DNA of 64,000 nt, from contig CAWATG010000011.1 of the NCBI GenBank assembly GCA_963785035.1, forward strand, positions 382,553-446,552, written 5' to 3'. Shown one piece after another: positions 11,655 through 23,463 of the stretch; position 1 is the first letter of the stretch, and the number at the start of each line of letters is the position of its first letter. The stretch is from an uncultured Acidimicrobiia bacterium. Lineage in GTDB: Bacteria > Actinomycetota > Acidimicrobiia > IMCC26256 > CAWATG01. The position numbers and the translations under genes are program-made. Below the pieces are notes generated by a model that did not search any database, had not been told where the DNA came from, and saw only the letters and a program-made list of their open reading frames with translations.

Positions 11655-12778
11655 ATGCGACCGAGGACGAAGAGCGAGCGATTCGCGTGATGCTGGCGTC
11701 GCCCTATTCGCTTTCGACACCGGGCGGCGTGCAGGGACAAGTGTTGGGCTTGGCACGTGCTCTGCAGGATCTCGGCGTCTCTGCACGCGTCATCGGGCCC
11801 TGTGACGGACCGCCGCCGGAGCCACACGTGATCAGCGTCGGTCCGAGCACGAAGATGTCGAGTAACGGTTCAATTGCGCCCATTGCGACGAGCAATACGG
11901 TGCGTGTTCGAACGCTGGAGGCGTTGCAGTCGTATCGCCCTGACGTCGTACACCTCCATGAGCCATTCGTTCCTGGCCCAACGCTGGCAACGTTGCTGGG
12001 AGCGAACGTGCCGATTGTGGGCACCTTCCATGCTGCGTTCAAGTCCGGGCGCAACCGTTGGTACTCGGCTTTGCGCCCAGCGACGCGTCGTGTCGCAAAC
12101 GAGATCACCATACGAACAGCGGTGTCCGAGTCTGCGCGTGGCGATGCGGAGGCCGCGCTCGGTGGTTCGTATCTGGTCGTTCCCAACGGCGTCGATCGAG
12201 AGCGATTCGCCGGCGCTGTGCCATGGCCGAAAGCGCGCCCGGCCATTCTGTTCGTGGGACGTCATGAGGAGCGCAAGGGTCTTGCCGTCTTGTTGGATGC
12301 CTTCGAGGGGCTCGAACGCGACGCCGAACTCTGGGTCGTCGGCGATGGTCCCGAAACCGAGGAGATGGAGGCGAGGGGGATCCCGAATGTTCGTTGGCTG
12401 GGTCGGGTCAACGATGTCGAACTGGCGCGGCGGCTCCGGGGTGCGACGACGTTCTGCGCGCCGTCGCTGTACGGGGAGTCGTTCGGGATCGTCCTGCTGG
12501 AGGCGATGAGCGCGTCGGTGCCGGTCGTCGCTTCCGATATCGCCGGGTATCGCGCCGTTGCGCGCCCGGATGTCGAAGCCATCCTGGTCGAACCGGGTGA
12601 CAGCGCGGCACTGCGGATCGCGCTGCGGCGGGTTCTTGACGAACCGGCGACGGTCGAGCGCCTTGTCGAAGCCGGAAATCGGCGTGCGTCGGAGTTTTCG
12701 CTCCATCGTCTGGCCGAGCGGTATCTGCTGATTTACCAGGACGCGATCGACCTCTTCCAAGCCCAGGCGCGAGAGTAG
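11651..12778 (+). CDS. pimA: GT4 phosphatidyl-myo-inositol alpha-mannosyltransferase
   Basis: PYSLSTPGGVQGQV, HLHEP, GESFGIVLLEAM; operon context. Confidence 0.88.
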   Translation: MNATEDEERAIRVMLASPYSLSTPGGVQGQVLGLARALQDLGVSARVIGPCDGPPPEPHVISVGPSTKMSSNGSIAPIATSNTVRVRTLEALQSYRPDVVHLHEPFVPGPTLATLLGANVPIVGTFHAAFKSGRNRWYSALRPATRRVANEITIRTAVSESARGDAEAALGGSYLVVPNGVDRERFAGAVPWPKARPAILFVGRHEERKGLAVLLDAFEGLERDAELWVVGDGPETEEMEARGIPNVRWLGRVNDVELARRLRGATTFCAPSLYGESFGIVLLEAMSASVPVVASDIAGYRAVARPDVEAILVEPGDSAALRIALRRVLDEPATVERLVEAGNRRASEFSLHRLAERYLLIYQDAIDLFQAQARE

Positions 12779-12824
12779 GGCGTTGCGCGCAGCGCGTGCG
12801 CGTACGCGAGCAAGAGGAGAGCAC

Positions 12825-13209
12825 ATGCTGACAGAGAAGGTTCGCGACATTTTCTCGATGCCGACGTTCGGGCACCTCGCGGTGGTCGATGAGCAGGGTC
12901 GTCCGCACGTCACGCCCGTCTGGGTGGACGTCGCCGGCGATCAGGTGCTCGTCAATACCGCGGTGGGACGCGTGAAGGACCGGTTGTTGGCCGTCGGTGC
13001 ACCGGTCGCGATCTCGGCGGTGAACGTCGAGAACCCGTACGAATACGTCCAGGTGACGGGGTCGCGTGGCCGAACGTCGCCTGGACGGCGCCGATGCGGT
13101 GATCGATGGTCTCGCCAAGAAGTACCTCAACCAGGACACCTACCCGTTCCGTCAAGAGGGCGAACAGCGCGTGACCGTCCTGATCGATGTGGAGTCCACA
13201 ACGACCTAG
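12825..13209 (+). CDS. PPOX-class F420-dependent oxidoreductase (frameshift ~13060)
   Basis: GRPHVTPVWVD, NTAVGRVK, NPYEYVQV, then LAKKYLNQDTYPFR in the shifted frame; RBS GAGGAG. Confidence 0.8.
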
Positions 13210-13298
13210 CCTGTCGGGCGCTAAGCCGTGGATGTGCCAGGTCTGAGGAGCCGTGACCGGTACAATGTGGCCCGTTCGTCTACCGAGGGAGCCCATCG

Positions 13299-13862
13299 AT
13301 GAGCGCACCGGTCGTGGTTGGCATCGTCGTTGTCGCCCTCCTTGTTTTGTGGCTCGTTATGTCCTACAACGGGCTGGTTCGCGCTCGGAATCAGATCGGC
13401 AACGCGTGGTCGCAGATTGACGTGCAGCTCAAGCGCCGTTACGACCTGATCCCGAATCTGGTCGAGACGGTGAAGGGCTACGCGGCGCACGAAAAGGGTG
13501 TTTTCGAGTCGGTGACCGCTGCTCGAAATTCGGCGATCACGGCGCAGCAGACGGGATCGGTCCATGACGTTGCGCAGGCCGAAAACGTGCTTTCGGGTAC
13601 CTTGAAAAGCCTGTTCGCCGTCGCTGAGGCGTATCCGGATCTGAAGGCCAACCAGAACTTCCTCAGTTTGCAGGAAGAACTCACATCGACCGAAGACCGC
13701 GTGGCCTACGCTCGGCAGTTCTACAACGACTCCGTGCTCAAGTACAACAACAAACTCCAGACGTTCCCGCGCAACATGATCGCCGGGCCATTCGGATTCA
13801 CGGCCAAAGAGTTCTTCGAAGGTGATCCAGAGGCAACGGGAGCGGTCAAAGTTCAGTTCTGA
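13299..13862 (+). CDS. lemA: LemA family protein
   Basis: [46 protein letters not shown]. Confidence 0.95.
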   Translation: MSAPVVVGIVVVALLVLWLVMSYNGLVRARNQIGNAWSQIDVQLKRRYDLIPNLVETVKGYAAHEKGVFESVTAARNSAITAQQTGSVHDVAQAENVLSGTLKSLFAVAEAYPDLKANQNFLSLQEELTSTEDRVAYARQFYNDSVLKYNNKLQTFPRNMIAGPFGFTAKEFFEGDPEATGAVKVQF

Positions 13863-13962
13863 GGTCGACACGCACATCGTTGTCGTGTCACCACCCTGTC
13901 TGAACCATCGAGACCCTGCTGAACCATCGAGCCAGTCGGCTCTCGACTTCGAGGATCTGACC

Positions 13963-14866
13963 CTGTACGAACAAATCGCGGCCAACAAGCGCCGAACGTT
14001 TGCGATGCTGGCGGCCTTCGTCGCGCTGATCGTGCTGACAGGGATGGCGTTCAACTGGCTGCTCGGTGGCGGTCCGACCGGCGTCGTCATCGCGGTGGTC
14101 GTCGTGGGCGCGATGGCCTTCATGTCGTACTTTTCGTCGGATCGCATTGCGCTGGCGGCGAGTGGGGCGCGCCCGCGCCGATGGCCCGGAGTTCAAGCGG
14201 TACCACAACCTTGTCGAGGGCCTGTGCATCGCAGCCGGGTTGCCCAAGCCGAAGCTCTACGTCGTCGAGGATCCGTCCCCGAACGCTTTCGCGACAGGGC
14301 GTAATCCGCAACACGCGGCGCTTGCGGTGACGACGGGCCTGCTGGACCAGCTGACACGCGTCGAACTTGAAGGCGTGCTCGCGCACGAACTGTCCCATGT
14401 CAAGAACTACGACATCCTGGTCACCACGCTTGCGGTGACGGCGGTTGGCGCGATTGCGCTGCTCGCCGACGTGGGTTTCAGGTTCATGTTCTGGGGTGGT
14501 CGGCGGTCGAACGACAATGAACGCTCCGGTGGTCCTGGCGCGATTTTGGCGATCCTGTCACTCGTGCTGGTGGTTCTCGCCCCGCTTGTCGCTCGAATGA
14601 TGCAGTTCGCGATGAGTCGTAACCGTGAGTATCTCGCCGACGTGAGCGCGGTCGCGCTCACGAGGTATCCGCCGGGTCTGTGCTCGGCGTTGGAAAAGCT
14701 GCGTGGCGATCAGGCCGTGGTCCGCAAGGGCACCCGGGCAACTGCGCAGATGTGGATCGAATCCCCCCTCGATCGAGCTGACGGAAACAAGGGCTCATGG
14801 CTCAATCGGGCATTCGATACGCACCCCCCGCTCGAAGACCGAATTCGTCGCCTCAAGGAGATGTAG
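13963..14866 (+). CDS. htpX: Zinc metalloprotease HtpX (M48); start uncertain, frameshift ~14175
   Basis: YEQIAANKRRT N-terminus, PNAFATG, AHELSH, SRNREYLAD, THPP; downstream of lemA. Confidence 0.9.
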
Positions 14867-15967
14867 TGCAAAAACGTCGACGTGTTCTCGCCGGATCGGC
14901 CGTCGTCCTCGTGGCAGGTTTGCTCGCGACTGCATGTGGCGGCTCTGACGAGAGCGCAGCCACCTCCAAGCCGGTGCGATCGGTCAAGAAGAAGGCGCCG
15001 GTCGCTGCCGAGGCCAAGCGCGCGCCGCTGACGGGGCTCCCTGATACGTCGGGACGCGCGGCAACGCGTGCAGCGTTGGTGGTCAAGACGGGAAACAACC
15101 CCGAGGCGCGCCCGCAGGTCGGGCTCGATGTCGCCGATGTCGTGTTCGAAGAAATCGTCGAGGGCGGGATCACGCGTTTTGCGGCGGTGTACCAGTCCGA
15201 TGCGCCCGTGCAGGTTGGGCCGGTCCGCTCGGTGCGTGGCATGGACCCGAACCTTGCATTGAGCGTCGGTGGGATTTTTGCGTACTCGGGAGGGACGCCA
15301 CCCAACGTCTCGAAGATCCGCTCCACTCGAGGTGTGATCTCGGTCGATGAGACACAGGCGCGTGGCGCGATGGTGCGCGACAGCTCCGGTGGCCGAGGCG
15401 CGCCCAACAACCTGTTCGTACGGACCGAAGAGATGTGGGCGAAGGGCGGCGCTCCGATACCGCCACATTCGTTGTTCGAATTCCTCGCATCGGGTGGGGA
15501 GTTCGCCGGCGAGCCGGTCGCCTCCTTCACCGTGCGGTTCGGTGGCTCCTTCGACACGACCTACACCTACGACGCAGCGACGAAGACGGTTCTTGCGGAC
15601 CAACGCCGGTCGGCCGTTTGTCGCTTCGAGCGGTGCACAGATCGCCCCAACCAATGTGATCGTGCAGTTCATCCAGTATCCGCGTGACAGTGAAGGCGTC
15701 ACTGTCGGTAGTGGTGCGGCATGGGTCTTCTCGGCGGGCAAGCTGGTTCGCGGTACCTGGCAACGACCGGACCCGGCGGTACCGCCGGTGTTCCTCGACA
15801 ACGCGGGGAAGGAGATTCTCCTGACGCCGGGTCGAACATGGGTCGAGTTGGCCAAGACCCAGATGCGTGTCGACGTTGTCGCGGCCCCTCCTACGCCGAC
15901 CACGGCCAAGCCACAGGCCACGACGACACCGACGACGGTCAAGTCACAAACGACCGCCAAGCGATAA
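14866..15967 (+). CDS. DUF3048-family lipoprotein (frameshift ~15589)
   Basis: Lipobox LLATAC, APLTGL, ARPQVGL..ADVVFEEIVEGGITR, GPVRSVR, APNNLF, LTPGRTWV. Confidence 0.82.
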
Positions 15968-16063
15968 GGCACGGCGGACCGGAAAGGCCCCAGACGCCAC
16001 CCTGGTGCTCAGCGCGGAATATCCTTCGAGGTGCTCAACGGCAGCGTCGATACACTGTTGAGC

Positions 16064-16951
16064 ATGTCGGAGACGAGGTCCACGGGAAGTGCGCGGGTCA
16101 AACGTGGCCTCGCCGAGATGTTGCGCGGCGGCGTCATCATGGATGTCGTCAATGCGGAGCAGGCCAAGATCGCTGAGGACGCCGGTGCGGTCGCCGTGAT
16201 GGCTCTCGAGCGTGTCCCATCCGATATTCGCCGCGATGGCGGAGTCGCACGGATGAGTGATCCTGCGATGATCGAGGAAATCCAGACGGCGGTCACGATC
16301 CCCGTGATGGCCAAGTGCCGGATCGGCCACTTCGGCGAGGCGCAGGTGCTGGCAGCGCTCGGCGTCGACTACATCGACGAGTCCGAGGTTCTGACGCCCG
16401 CCGACGAGGCCAACCACGTCAACAAATGGGATTTCACCGTTCCGTTCGTGTGCGGGGCGACGAATCTTGGGGAGGCACTGCGCCGGATCAGTGAGGGTGC
16501 GTGCCTGATCCGTTCGAAGGGCGAAGCGGGGACCGGCAACATCGTCGAAGCGGTCCGTCATCTCCGCTCGATCCTTGGTGATGTTCGCAAGATCACCCAA
16601 GCCGACAGCGCCGAGCTCTTCGCGTGGGCCAAGGAGTTGCGCGCGCCGTTGGACCTGGTTCAGGAGATCGCCGAGCGCGGTGAGCTTCCCGTTCCGTTGT
16701 TCTGTGCCGGAGGTATCGCCACTCCGGCCGATGCGTCGCTCGTCATGCAGTTGGGCGCGCAGGCAGTGTTTGTGGGAAGCGGGATCTTCAAGAGCGAAGA
16801 CCCGGCGCCACGAGCAAAGGCGATTGTCGAGGCGACTGCGCACTTCCTTGACGCTGCGATCGTGGCGAAGGTCTCTCGAAACCTTGGCGATGCGATGCGA
16901 GGCGAGGGTTCCGAGGAGCTGTCGGTCAAACTCGCTGAGCGCGGCTGGTAA
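16064..16951 (+). CDS. pdxS: Pyridoxal 5'-phosphate synthase lyase subunit
   Basis: [41 protein letters not shown]. Confidence 0.97.
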   Translation: MSETRSTGSARVKRGLAEMLRGGVIMDVVNAEQAKIAEDAGAVAVMALERVPSDIRRDGGVARMSDPAMIEEIQTAVTIPVMAKCRIGHFGEAQVLAALGVDYIDESEVLTPADEANHVNKWDFTVPFVCGATNLGEALRRISEGACLIRSKGEAGTGNIVEAVRHLRSILGDVRKITQADSAELFAWAKELRAPLDLVQEIAERGELPVPLFCAGGIATPADASLVMQLGAQAVFVGSGIFKSEDPAPRAKAIVEATAHFLDAAIVAKVSRNLGDAMRGEGSEELSVKLAERGW

Positions 16952-16975
16952 TCGTCGTCGTTCGGTGGCGAGGGA

Positions 16976-17552
16976 ATGAAGATCGGCGTGTTGGCTCTCC
17001 AGGGGGCATTCCGCGAGCAGTGCGCGGCGTTTGACGCCCTCGGGGTCGAGTCGGTCGAACTCCGCTCGGTCGACCAGCTCGCCGGACTCGACGCGGTCGT
17101 CCTGCCCGGTGGCGAGTCGACTGCCATCACCAAGCTTCTCGACGGCGCTGGTCTCTGGGAGCCGTTGGCCGATCGTACTCCGCGATGGAATGCCCGCCTT
17201 CGGGACCTGCGCGGGACTGATTCTCATGGCCGCTGATGTGGTCGACGGTCTCGGCGTCCAGCGCTCCTTCGGCGTGCTGGATTGCTCGGTGCGTCGCAAT
17301 GCCTATGGCACGCAGGCAGCGTCGTTCGAGGCCGACCTGATGATCACCGACCTTGGCGGGGGGCCATTTCCGGGCGTCTTCATCCGGGCTCCCGTCGTCG
17401 AGGCCACGGGTCCGGATGTGAAAGTTCTCGCCACCTATGGTGGTAGCCCCGTGTTGTGCCACCAGGGCTCGGTGATGGCAGCCACATTCCATCCCGAGCT
17501 TTCCGGTGATCTGCGCATTCATCAACGGTTCCTTCAGGAGGTCGCCACATGA
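16976..17552 (+). CDS. pdxT: PLP synthase glutaminase subunit (frameshift ~17177)
   Basis: IGVLALQG, PGGEST, FGTCAG, FIRAP, FHPEL. Confidence 0.95.
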
Positions 17553-18301
17553 GCGGACATTCGAAGTGGCATTCGATCAAGCACGCCAAAGGTGCGGCAG
17601 ACGCCGCGCGCGGGCGAGTCTTCGCTCGCTTGGCACGCCAGATCGAGGTTGCCGCCCGCTCCGGTGGTGGCGATGTCGAGGGCAATCCCACCTTGCGTTC
17701 AATGGTCCAGAAGGCCCGCGATTCATCCATGCCCAAGGACAACATCGAACGTGCCATCAAACGGGGAACGGGCGAACTCGAAGGTGTCACCTACGAGTCC
17801 ATCAACTATGAGGGCTACGCACCCAATGGCATTGCGGTGTTTGTGGAGGTCCTCACGGACAATCGAAACCGCACGGGTGCTGAGATCAAGAACATCTTCT
17901 CCCGCAACGGCGGGTCGATGGCGGAGCCGGGTGCAGTCGCATGGCAGTTCGAAAGGAAGGGCCTCATCACCCTTCCCAAGTCCGCAGGCTCCGAGGACGA
18001 TGTGATGCTCGCCGCGCTCGAGGCTGGAGCCGAAGATGTGACCGACCTGGGCGAGACGTGGCAGATCACCACACCTGCGACCGAGACCGCAGCCGTGCGT
18101 GATGCCCTCAGCGCGGCCGGGATGGAGGTGGGCAGTGTCGATCTGACGCTGTTGGCCAGCACGACGATCGAAATCGCCGACGAAGGCAGCGCCAAACAGG
18201 TGCTCCGGGTCATCGACGCGCTCGAGGATCACGACGACGTCCAGAATGTGTATGCCAACTTCGACATTCCAGACGACGTGCTGCAAGCCGTCGTGGGATG
18301 A
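17549..18301 (+). CDS. yebC: YebC/PmpR family protein
   Basis: MSGHSKW, MPKDNIERAI, YEGY, DNRNRT, DDVQNVYAN. Confidence 0.96.
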   Translation: MSGHSKWHSIKHAKGAADAARGRVFARLARQIEVAARSGGGDVEGNPTLRSMVQKARDSSMPKDNIERAIKRGTGELEGVTYESINYEGYAPNGIAVFVEVLTDNRNRTGAEIKNIFSRNGGSMAEPGAVAWQFERKGLITLPKSAGSEDDVMLAALEAGAEDVTDLGETWQITTPATETAAVRDALSAAGMEVGSVDLTLLASTTIEIADEGSAKQVLRVIDALEDHDDVQNVYANFDIPDDVLQAVVG

Positions 18302-18394
18302 TCCGCACGACGAGGGTGCTTTGCGGCAACCGATCGCGAGGCCGTGGCAGGCGATAGCCTGCGCGCGACAGGCATCGAGGTGGGGGGAGCGTTC

Positions 18395-18871
18395 GTGCAG
18401 GTTGCAATTACCGTCAATGGTCAGGTCACCAGGCACGAGATCGAGCCGAGGCTGTTGCTTGTGCAGTACCTGCGCGAGAACCTCGAGCAGACCGGCACGA
18501 AGATCGGCTGCGACACGTCCTCGTGCGGCGCGTGCACCGTGCTCGTCGACGACGAGTCCGTCAAGAGTTGCACGATGCTCGCGGCACAGGCCGACGGCCG
18601 CTCCGTTGTCACGATCGAGGGTCTCGCCGGCGAGGATGGGACCCTGCATCCAGTGCAGGCGGCATTTCAGGAACACCACGGCCTGCAGTGCGGATTCTGC
18701 ACTGCAGGAATGGTGATGGCCACGATCTCCCTGCTTGATGAGAATCCGAATCCAACGGAACGAGACGTACGGCTCGGACTCGAGGGAAACCTCTGCCGTT
18801 GCACCGGGTACCACAACATTGTTCAGGCAGTGCTTGGCGCGTCACGAGGCAGGATCGGGAGCGACGCATGA
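18395..18871 (+). CDS. CoxS/CutS-like 2x[2Fe-2S] subunit of a xanthine/CO dehydrogenase-family enzyme
   Basis: [30 protein letters not shown]. Confidence 0.92.
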   Translation: MQVAITVNGQVTRHEIEPRLLLVQYLRENLEQTGTKIGCDTSSCGACTVLVDDESVKSCTMLAAQADGRSVVTIEGLAGEDGTLHPVQAAFQEHHGLQCGFCTAGMVMATISLLDENPNPTERDVRLGLEGNLCRCTGYHNIVQAVLGASRGRIGSDA

Positions 18872-19686
18872 TCCCGGCAGCTTTCGAGTACGAGCGAGCG
18901 GACTCGGTCGACGCGGCGCTCGCGGCGCTTGGCGAGCATGGCGACGAAGCGAAGCTCATTGCCGGGGGCATGTCGTTGCTCCCGCTGATGAAATTGCGTC
19001 TTGCCACGCCGACCGTGCTGATCGATGTCGGTCGCTGCGAGGGATTGTCCTATGTGCGCGACGGTGGCGACCATCTTGCTCTCGGTGCGCTGACCCGCCA
19101 CCGTGACATCGAGACGAGTGAACTCCTCGCGCGTGAATGCGGTGTCCTGCGCGCCGTTGCCGCCGAAGTTGGCGACAACCAGGTGCGCCATCGTGGCACG
19201 ATCGGTGGATCGGTGGCGCATGGCGACCCAGCGTCGGATCTTCCAGCGGTGCTGCTTGCGCTCGATGCAACGATGGTTGCGCGATCAGCCGGGGGAGAGC
19301 GAACGATCGCTGCGGGCGAGTTCTTCCTGGGCTTTCTCGAGACGGCTCTCGAACCCGACGAGTTGCTCACCGAGATCCGTGTGCCGAAGACAGGTCCGAC
19401 GGGGTTCTCGTACCAGAAGTTCAACCGGCGGGCGCAGGACTGGGCAATTGTCGGCGCGATTGCGGTCAGGAACGGCAGAACACGGGTCGCGCTCGTGAAT
19501 ATGGGTAGCACGCCGCTGCGTGCAGAGGCCGTGGAAGCGGCACTCGAGGGCGGGGCGAGCGTTGCCGATGCGAGCGAACTCGCTGCGCGCGACACCGAAC
19601 CACCAACCGACCTGAACGCGACGCCCGAGTTTCGCGAGCATCTCGCACGCGTCTTGGTGCGGCGTGCGCTCGACGGCGCCGCTTGA
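18868..19686 (+). CDS. CoxM/CutM-like FAD-binding subunit
   Basis: [37 protein letters not shown]. Confidence 0.92.
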   Translation: MIPAAFEYERADSVDAALAALGEHGDEAKLIAGGMSLLPLMKLRLATPTVLIDVGRCEGLSYVRDGGDHLALGALTRHRDIETSELLARECGVLRAVAAEVGDNQVRHRGTIGGSVAHGDPASDLPAVLLALDATMVARSAGGERTIAAGEFFLGFLETALEPDELLTEIRVPKTGPTGFSYQKFNRRAQDWAIVGAIAVRNGRTRVALVNMGSTPLRAEAVEAALEGGASVADASELAARDTEPPTDLNATPEFREHLARVLVRRALDGAA

Positions 19687-19689
19687 ACC

Positions 19690-20298
19690 TTGGCCATTGC
19701 CATCGCGTTACTCGCTGCGGGCAGGGGCGCCAGATTCGGCGACGGCGTTGCAAAGCCGCTGCTCGAACTGTGCGGCGTGACCCTGCTCGAGCGGGCGCTC
19801 AGCGCAGCGATCGGCAGCGGGCTGGCGCCGATTCTCGTCGTCGTCGGCCACCGCGGCGATGAGGTCGCAACAGCAGTGCCCGCATCGGTCGAGGTCGTGC
19901 ACGCCGCTGACTGGGACGATGGGATCTCGTGCACGCTGCGGCGTGCGTTGGAGGCGCTCGATCACAAACTCGACGTCGAGGCTGTGATCGTCGGTCTCGC
20001 GGATCAGCCCCTGATCGGCGCCCAGAGTTACCAGCGTCTGGCGGCCGCCTACCATGGCGGTGCGGAATTCGCTGTGGCGACCTACAACGGCGAGCGGGCC
20101 AATCCCGTGCTGCTGGCTCGGCGGTTGTGGCCGGAGGCACGCTCGCTCGTTGGTGACGTGGGAGCGCGCGCCCTGCTGCGCACACGAGCGGCATTCGAGG
20201 CCGACTGCACCGATACCGGTGATCCGATCGATGTTGACACACCCGACGACCTGGCGAGCCTGGAGGAACGATGCAGATCCAAGATGAGTTCAGGGTAA
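19690..20298 (+). CDS. Molybdenum cofactor cytidylyltransferase-like nucleotidyltransferase (MocA/CoxF-like)
   Basis: LLAAGRGARFG..KPL, LADQP, NPVL, GDVGAR, DVDTPDDL. Confidence 0.85.
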   Translation: MAIAIALLAAGRGARFGDGVAKPLLELCGVTLLERALSAAIGSGLAPILVVVGHRGDEVATAVPASVEVVHAADWDDGISCTLRRALEALDHKLDVEAVIVGLADQPLIGAQSYQRLAAAYHGGAEFAVATYNGERANPVLLARRLWPEARSLVGDVGARALLRTRAAFEADCTDTGDPIDVDTPDDLASLEERCRSKMSSG

Positions 20299-21014
20299 AC
20301 CTGCCTCTCGAGCAGGCGTGGCTGGTGCTGCTCGATGTCGAACGCATTGCTCCGTGCCTGCCAGGCGCACAGCTCCAGGAGATCGAAGGTGATGAGTACC
20401 GCGGAATTGTGAAGGTCAAAGTCGGTCCCATCACCGCGCAGTACAAAGGGACGGCCAAGATCGAGGTTGCCGATGTCGACGCTCGGCGCGTCGTGATTCG
20501 CGCATCGGGGCGCGACACGCGCGGCCAGGGCAACGCATCTGCGACGGTCACGCTCGACATGCGCGCCGATGGCGAAGGAACCGCGATCACCGTCGACACC
20601 GATTTGTCGATCACGGGCAAGGTTGCGCAGTTCGGGCGGGGAGTTCTTGGCGACGTATCGGCCAAACTCCTCGGCCAGTTCGTCGAGAATCTCGAGCGCG
20701 ACGTGCTGAACGGCGCGGACGTGGAGATGCCGGTCGATCCCGTCGTCGACCTCGAGGACAATGGCGCCGATCCGGCGATCGCCAAACCGGCCGCCGCCGC
20801 GGACGCCGCTGAAGCGAAGGGCGGCGGTGTCCGCCAGATTTCCTCGGTTGAGGCCGAACCGGTGGATCTGTTGGCAATGGGTGGACAGCCCGTCGCACGT
20901 CGACTTGGCCCGCTCTTCGCCGTCGCGGGCGTCACGCTCGTCATGTGGCGCCTGATGCGTCGGCGGTCGCGGTGCGCATCCAGGGTCCACCGGTCGGGTA
21001 AGGGTGCGATCTAG
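20271..21014 (+). CDS. coxG: CoxG family SRPBCC protein with C-terminal membrane anchor
   Basis: LLDVERIAPCLPGA, KVGPI, TGKVAQFGRG, C-terminal TM followed by RRR. Confidence 0.88.
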   Translation: MQIQDEFRVNLPLEQAWLVLLDVERIAPCLPGAQLQEIEGDEYRGIVKVKVGPITAQYKGTAKIEVADVDARRVVIRASGRDTRGQGNASATVTLDMRADGEGTAITVDTDLSITGKVAQFGRGVLGDVSAKLLGQFVENLERDVLNGADVEMPVDPVVDLEDNGADPAIAKPAAAADAAEAKGGGVRQISSVEAEPVDLLAMGGQPVARRLGPLFAVAGVTLVMWRLMRRRSRCASRVHRSGKGAI

Positions 21015-21024
21015 AGTCGAACTC

Positions 21025-21673
21025 ATGTTCGATGTGCACGAGGTTGGTCCGTTACGAAATGACGCGCCTGTGCTCGGGATCGACCCGGGCGTATCGCGTT
21101 GTGGCTATGGCGCGGTTCGCCGTCACCGGATCGACGATGGAGGCCGTCGCCTACGGGGTGATCCGTACCGCGGCCGGCGATTTGCTCCCAGATCGGCTTG
21201 CGCAACTCCTCGCCGAACTCGAAACGTTGGTTCGTGAGTTGCGTCCAGGTGCCATGGCTGTGGAGCGAGTGCTGTTCCAGAACAACGCACGTACCGCGAT
21301 GTCGGTTGGCCAGGCCAGTGGCTTGGCGTTGGTTGTGGCGGCGCGCGCGGGGATACCCGTCATCCAATACAGCCCGAATGAGGTCAAGCTCGGAATCTGT
21401 GGATACGGAAACGCCGAGAAGGAACAAGTGCAGCAGATGGTGACGCGCCTGTTGCGTCTGGCTGAGGTGCCGCGACCTCCCGACGCTGCCGATGCGCTTG
21501 CCTTGGCGGTGTGTCACCTTTGGGGTTCATCGTTGCAGGACGCAATCGCAGCCTCCGGTGGACGCTCGAAGTCTCAGACGCATCCGAGTGCGGGCAACGG
21601 CGTCAACATGGGCGCGAACATCGGACTCTCGCGTGCGATTGATGCGGCACTGGCCAAGGAGACCCAACGATGA
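21025..21673 (+). CDS. ruvC: Crossover junction endodeoxyribonuclease RuvC (frameshift ~21117)
   Basis: VLGIDPG, VERVLFQNN, YSPNEVK, PDAADALALA. Confidence 0.94.
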
Positions 21674-22260
21674 TCGGTTCTGTACGCGGCACGGTGATCG
21701 AGCGCGACGCCACTGGCGAAGCGCTGGTCGAGGTGAATGGAATCGGGTATCGCGTGCTCGTGCCGACCGGTGTGCTGCCGACACTCGATCCGGGCATGCC
21801 GACCTTTCTGTTCACACATCTGCACGTTCGTGAAGACGCCATGGTGCTGTACGGCTTTCCTTCCCGAGACGAACGTGACACATTCGAGGTCTTGATCTCT
21901 GCCAACGGCGTCGGCCCGAGACTGGCGCTGGCAGTGCTGTCGGTGCATTCGCCGAACAGTCTCCGTCGGGCGCTTTTTGATGACGACCTCGGAGCGCTCA
22001 CATTGGTACCGGGAGTCGGCAAGCGCACAGCGCAGCGGTTGCTCGTCGACCTCAAGTCCCGACTCGATGTACCGGATTTGGATCTGGTCGAGGGTACGCC
22101 CAGTGGAACCGCTGCTCCGCGTGCCGAGGTGCGTGCAGCGCTCACCGAGTTGGGCTACGGCGCCGATGAGGTGCGTGACGTGTTAGCCCGTCTCGGCGAG
22201 GAGGGCACCGTCGAGGCCCTCTTACGCGAAGCGCTGAAGATGCTCTCGGTGCGTGCCTGA
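21670..22260 (+). CDS. ruvA: Holliday junction branch migration protein RuvA
   Basis: [36 protein letters not shown]. Confidence 0.96.
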   Translation: MIGSVRGTVIERDATGEALVEVNGIGYRVLVPTGVLPTLDPGMPTFLFTHLHVREDAMVLYGFPSRDERDTFEVLISANGVGPRLALAVLSVHSPNSLRRALFDDDLGALTLVPGVGKRTAQRLLVDLKSRLDVPDLDLVEGTPSGTAAPRAEVRAALTELGYGADEVRDVLARLGEEGTVEALLREALKMLSVRA

Positions 22261-23312
22261 TGAGCCGTGAGGAGCTGCTCCGAGCCGAAGCGGATCCCGT
22301 CGAGGTTGCCGAGGAGACGAGCCTGCGGCCACGACACCTCGATGAGTTCGTCGGTCAGCAACTCCTCAAGGAACATCTGCAGATCCTGATCGAGGCCGCT
22401 AAACGCCGCGGGCAGGCCGTTGATCATGTGCTCTTTGCGGGGCCTCCGGGGCTCGGAAAGACCACGATGTCGGGGATCATGGCCGCAGAGATGGGTGTGG
22501 CGTTGCGCGTGACGAGCGGTCCAGCGCTCGAGCGTGCCGGGGATCTCGCCGCGATCCTCACCAACCTCGATGACGGCGACGTCCTGTTCATCGATGAGAT
22601 CCACCGTTTGCCCCGCGCCGTCGAAGAGGTCCTGTACCCGGCAATGGAGGATTTCGAGCTCGACATCGTGATCGGCAAAGGCCCCTCGGCGCGTTCGATC
22701 CGTCTCGACCTTCCGCGCTTCACGCTCGTCGGCGCAACGACTCGGACGGGCCTCATCACAGGACCCTTGCGTGATCGTTTCGGCTTCGTGGCGCGCCTGG
22801 ACTACTACGAAGTCGCCGATCTCATCGCGATCCTCTTGCGGGCGAGTCGCATCTTCGGGGTTCCTCTCGCCGATGATGCCGCGCACGAAATAGCGCAGCG
22901 TTCAAGAGGAACGCCGCGAATCGCGAATCGCCTCCTCAAACGTGTCCGGGACTTCGCAGAGGTTCGCGGCAACGGATCGGTCACGACCGAGTCGGCACGG
23001 GCGGCCCTGACGTTGTTCGAGGTCGACGCACGGGGCCTCGACAAGGTCGACCGCGCAATCCTGGGTGCGCTGTGCCGGACCTTCGCTGGTCGCGCAGTCG
23101 GCCTGTCGACCTTGGCAATCGCGGTCGGTGAGGAGACCGAGACGGTGGAAGATGTGTACGAGCCCTACCTCCTCAAGCAGGGTCTGATCGAGCGGACCCC
23201 ACGGGGTCGGATTGCGAGTGCCGCCGCATTCGCGCATCTCGGACTGGTCATGCCGGCCAGCCGGGCTGTGGAGCACGTGCTGTTCGACCCCGAGCTGGGC
23301 GCGACGCCGTGA
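22260..23312 (+). CDS. ruvB: Holliday junction DNA helicase RuvB
   Basis: [40 protein letters not shown]. Confidence 0.97.
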   Translation: MSREELLRAEADPVEVAEETSLRPRHLDEFVGQQLLKEHLQILIEAAKRRGQAVDHVLFAGPPGLGKTTMSGIMAAEMGVALRVTSGPALERAGDLAAILTNLDDGDVLFIDEIHRLPRAVEEVLYPAMEDFELDIVIGKGPSARSIRLDLPRFTLVGATTRTGLITGPLRDRFGFVARLDYYEVADLIAILLRASRIFGVPLADDAAHEIAQRSRGTPRIANRLLKRVRDFAEVRGNGSVTTESARAALTLFEVDARGLDKVDRAILGALCRTFAGRAVGLSTLAIAVGEETETVEDVYEPYLLKQGLIERTPRGRIASAAAFAHLGLVMPASRAVEHVLFDPELGATP

Positions 23313-23463
23313 ACTCGGTGGCAGGTTCCGGATACTCGGGACGCCACTACGCCAAGAAGCTCGAAATTCGCGCAGGTCGTGGGCGGTCCTGTCCATCCTG
23401 CCGCAGGCTGGAAGACTCCAACCGCTACCATCACCCCGTTTACGTCCGCCGGCAAGGATCCCA

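Noticed and set aside
18395-21014. Evidence for aerobic CO oxidation
   Set aside because: Substrate specificity resides in the large subunit, which is not in the window.
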